A stretch of DNA of 63,764 nucleotides, counting the filler, from Basidioascus undulatus (Eukaryota): assembly GCA_000826855.1 (NCBI GenBank). It is 6 parts of 6 records of this genome, joined end to end, with 100 filler letters (N's around TTAATTAATTAA, not from the genome) between each part and the next. Parts side by side here need not be neighbours in the genome. Positions count along the whole stretch, not along the records: positions 54,052 to 63,764 come from JTLS01001710.1; 5 more parts are not named here. One strand, written 5' to 3'. The notes beneath the pieces are model-generated. The model was not told the DNA's origin. It did no database searches and saw only the letters and a list, made by a program, of their open reading frames with translations. Numbering within the stretch: the first letter of the stretch is position 1; every line of letters begins with the position of its first letter. This document shows positions 61,579-63,764 of this stretch, piece by piece. Position numbers and translations under genes: made by a program.

Positions 61579-63764
61579 ATGGACGGCCTAGTCCCACCCA
61601 TAAGCGACCCCTTTGCGTCGCTGCCCTCCGCGGCGCTGCCCCTTCACCGCTGCCGCTTCGTCGACCTCACCCCCTCCAGCACCACAGCCCTCGCCCTCGC
61701 CCCCTCCCCCACCCCCGAGGAGGCCAAGGGCTGGACCGGCCGCGGCCTCCTCGCTGTCGGCAAGGCCAACGGCGACATCGAGATCCGCCGCTGGGTTGGG
61801 GGGTGGGTGCTTGGTGTCGGCAAGGGCGCGAAGCACGCGCCGGGGAAGGGGTGGGTGCTGGACATGGTGCGATACACCTCTTGTCATCTCGGAGAAGGGA
61901 GCAATGCTTATTCTGGTTGTATGGGAACAGGTCATCCCCGCCCCCCTCCCAGCAAGCAAGATCGACACCCTCCACTTTGTCAGGCGCCATCCCGTACCCT
62001 CGCCCCTCCTCCGCCTCCCGCCTTACACCGAGGCCATCGCTGGCCTCACGCCCTCCACCTCCGCCCACCTCCGCCTCTTCTCCACCGCCGGCACGGGCGC
62101 GCTCATCGAGTGGGACCTCGACACGGGGAAAGTGAAGGTGCGTTCTCCTATTCCATCCCTCTCCCTCTTTCGTATGAACGTCCTCCCTGAACCTGGCTGG
62201 GAAACAACAGCGCAAGCTTGCCTCCGACGGCGGGGCGATCTGGTCCGTCGCGCCCTCCCCCTCGGGGCGGACGCTCGCGCTCGGCTGCGCAGACGGGCAC
62301 GTCCGTCTCGTCGATCTCTCGCACAATGGGCTCTCGCACCTCCGCATCCTCGCGCGCGTCCCCACGCGCCTCCTCTCCCTCGCCTGGGGCCCCGCGCCCG
62401 CCGCCTCTGCGCCCAAGAAGAGCAGGAAGACCAAGGAGGCAGACGAGGAGGATGAAGAGGAGGAGGATGAGGAGGATGCGAAGGAGGGGTGGATTGTCGG
62501 GGGGTGCTCGGACTCGAGTCTCAGGCGGTGGGATCTGGCGAGCGGGCGCGTGACGGAGCGCATGGGCGTGGACAAGATCAGGGGGGAGCAGACGCTCGTG
62601 TGGGCGGTCGGGACTCTCCGGTTTGTCCTATCCTCTCCCCTTTCTACCCCCCTCACCTTATTCAACTCCTCCTTTTTCCCATCAGCGACGGCACCGTCGT
62701 ATCGGGCGACTCCCTCGGACACGTCACCTTCTGGGACGCGCTCGCCGGGACGCAGCTGGCGCACTTCAAAGCGCACCAAGCGGACGTGCTCTGCCTCGCC
62801 ATCTCCTCGGACGGCTCAACAACCTTCACGTCCGGGATCGACCAGCGCGTCTCGCAGTTCGCGCTCCTCCCCTCCTCCTCCCCCCCTCCCTCAATCATCC
62901 AAGCCGCCTCGCGCCGGCTCCACTCGCACGACGTCCGGGCCCTCGCCGTCTCCCCCCCGCCGCCCGGGCAAGGCGCACAGGGCGTGCCCATCCTCCTCTC
63001 GGCTGGGCTCGACCCGCACCTCGTCCTCACGCCCGCCGCGCTGCCTTCGTCGAAGAAGCACAAGCAGGGGCAGCACGGGCAGAGGAACAGCAACAACCCG
63101 CCTCCGAACCCGGTCTCCACGAGCCGGAGCACGGCGTTCGCGGACGCGTGGCAGCGCCGCACGCCGTTCGTCCCCATTGGCGGACGCGGGACGGTCAGCG
63201 TTTGTCGGGCGAGGAGGTGGGTCGTTGCGAGGCGCGAGGGGGGCGTCGGGGTGTGGAGGGTCAGGGGTCCAGAGGAGGCGAGGGAGGAGGGAGAGGGATG
63301 GGAGAAGGTACTGGACATGGAGGTGAAGGTGCGTTTCTGCGTTTCTCTCTTTCTTCAATCTCCAAGTTTCTTTCTGACTTGGTTCAATCAACCCGCAGTT
63401 CAAGTCCCACACCACCGCGCACGCCATCTCCCCGGACTGCCTCTACCTTGCCATCTCCTCCACTTTCGAAACCAAGATCTTCCACCTGCCCCTCTCCCCC
63501 TCTACCGGCCTGCCACAGCCGACGCGCCTCCGCCTGTCCGCGCCCCTCCCCGGCGCGTCCGCCCTCCTCTTCACGCCTGACTCGCGCCGCCTCGTCCTCG
63601 CCACCGCTGCGGGCGCGCGTGTGCTCGTGCTCGAATTAGTTGAAGACGGGCGGGACGTCAGGGTCGTCAAGGAGTGGAGGGCGCATGCGCAGCGCGGTGC
63701 CGCTGCGAGCGCACGCGCGGTGAGGGGGTTGCCGGGGAAGAGGACGGAGTGGGACTGGGGGGAT
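61579..63764 (+). CDS. UTP4: U3 snoRNA-associated protein 4 (WD40), 3' partial
   Basis: LHRCRFVDLTPSSTTALA, LAVGKANGDIEI, GAIWSVA, LALGCADG, IVGGCSDSSLRRWD, VSGDSLGHVTFWD, HQADVLCLA, RRLHSHDVRALA. Confidence 0.93.

Overview
Eukaryotic, GC-rich and intron-dense DNA from a basidiomycete fungus (Pucciniomycotina-like; inferred from GTRNGT/CTRAC/YAG introns and gene families). It is not one locus: six assembly contigs are joined by artificial 100-nt spacers (44 N + TTAATTAATTAA + 44 N). The window holds about 20 apparently intact genes, including NUP60-like, complex I NUXM, a PMU1-like protein, an MFSD5/MOT2 transporter, EMC3, GIR2, RIB4, a CAMKK-family kinase, a DenD-like SDR, PSD1, YOP1, a SnoaL-like protein, MED21, CAND1, PRP17, TIM10 and UTP4. 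Between them lie about 8-10 decayed genes: two BTB, one F-box, one MYND, one SDR, one ERD2-like, one DUF6534 membrane protein, another fungal membrane protein and a tRNA-like relic. The most notable signals are this selective pseudogenisation of accessory families, micro-exons down to 6 nt with GC-AG introns, and a probably catalytically dead membrane-anchored histidine-phosphatase homologue. I saw no CRISPR array, rRNA or intact transposon, and no convincing new multi-gene system. Family calls come from motif recall, not database searches.
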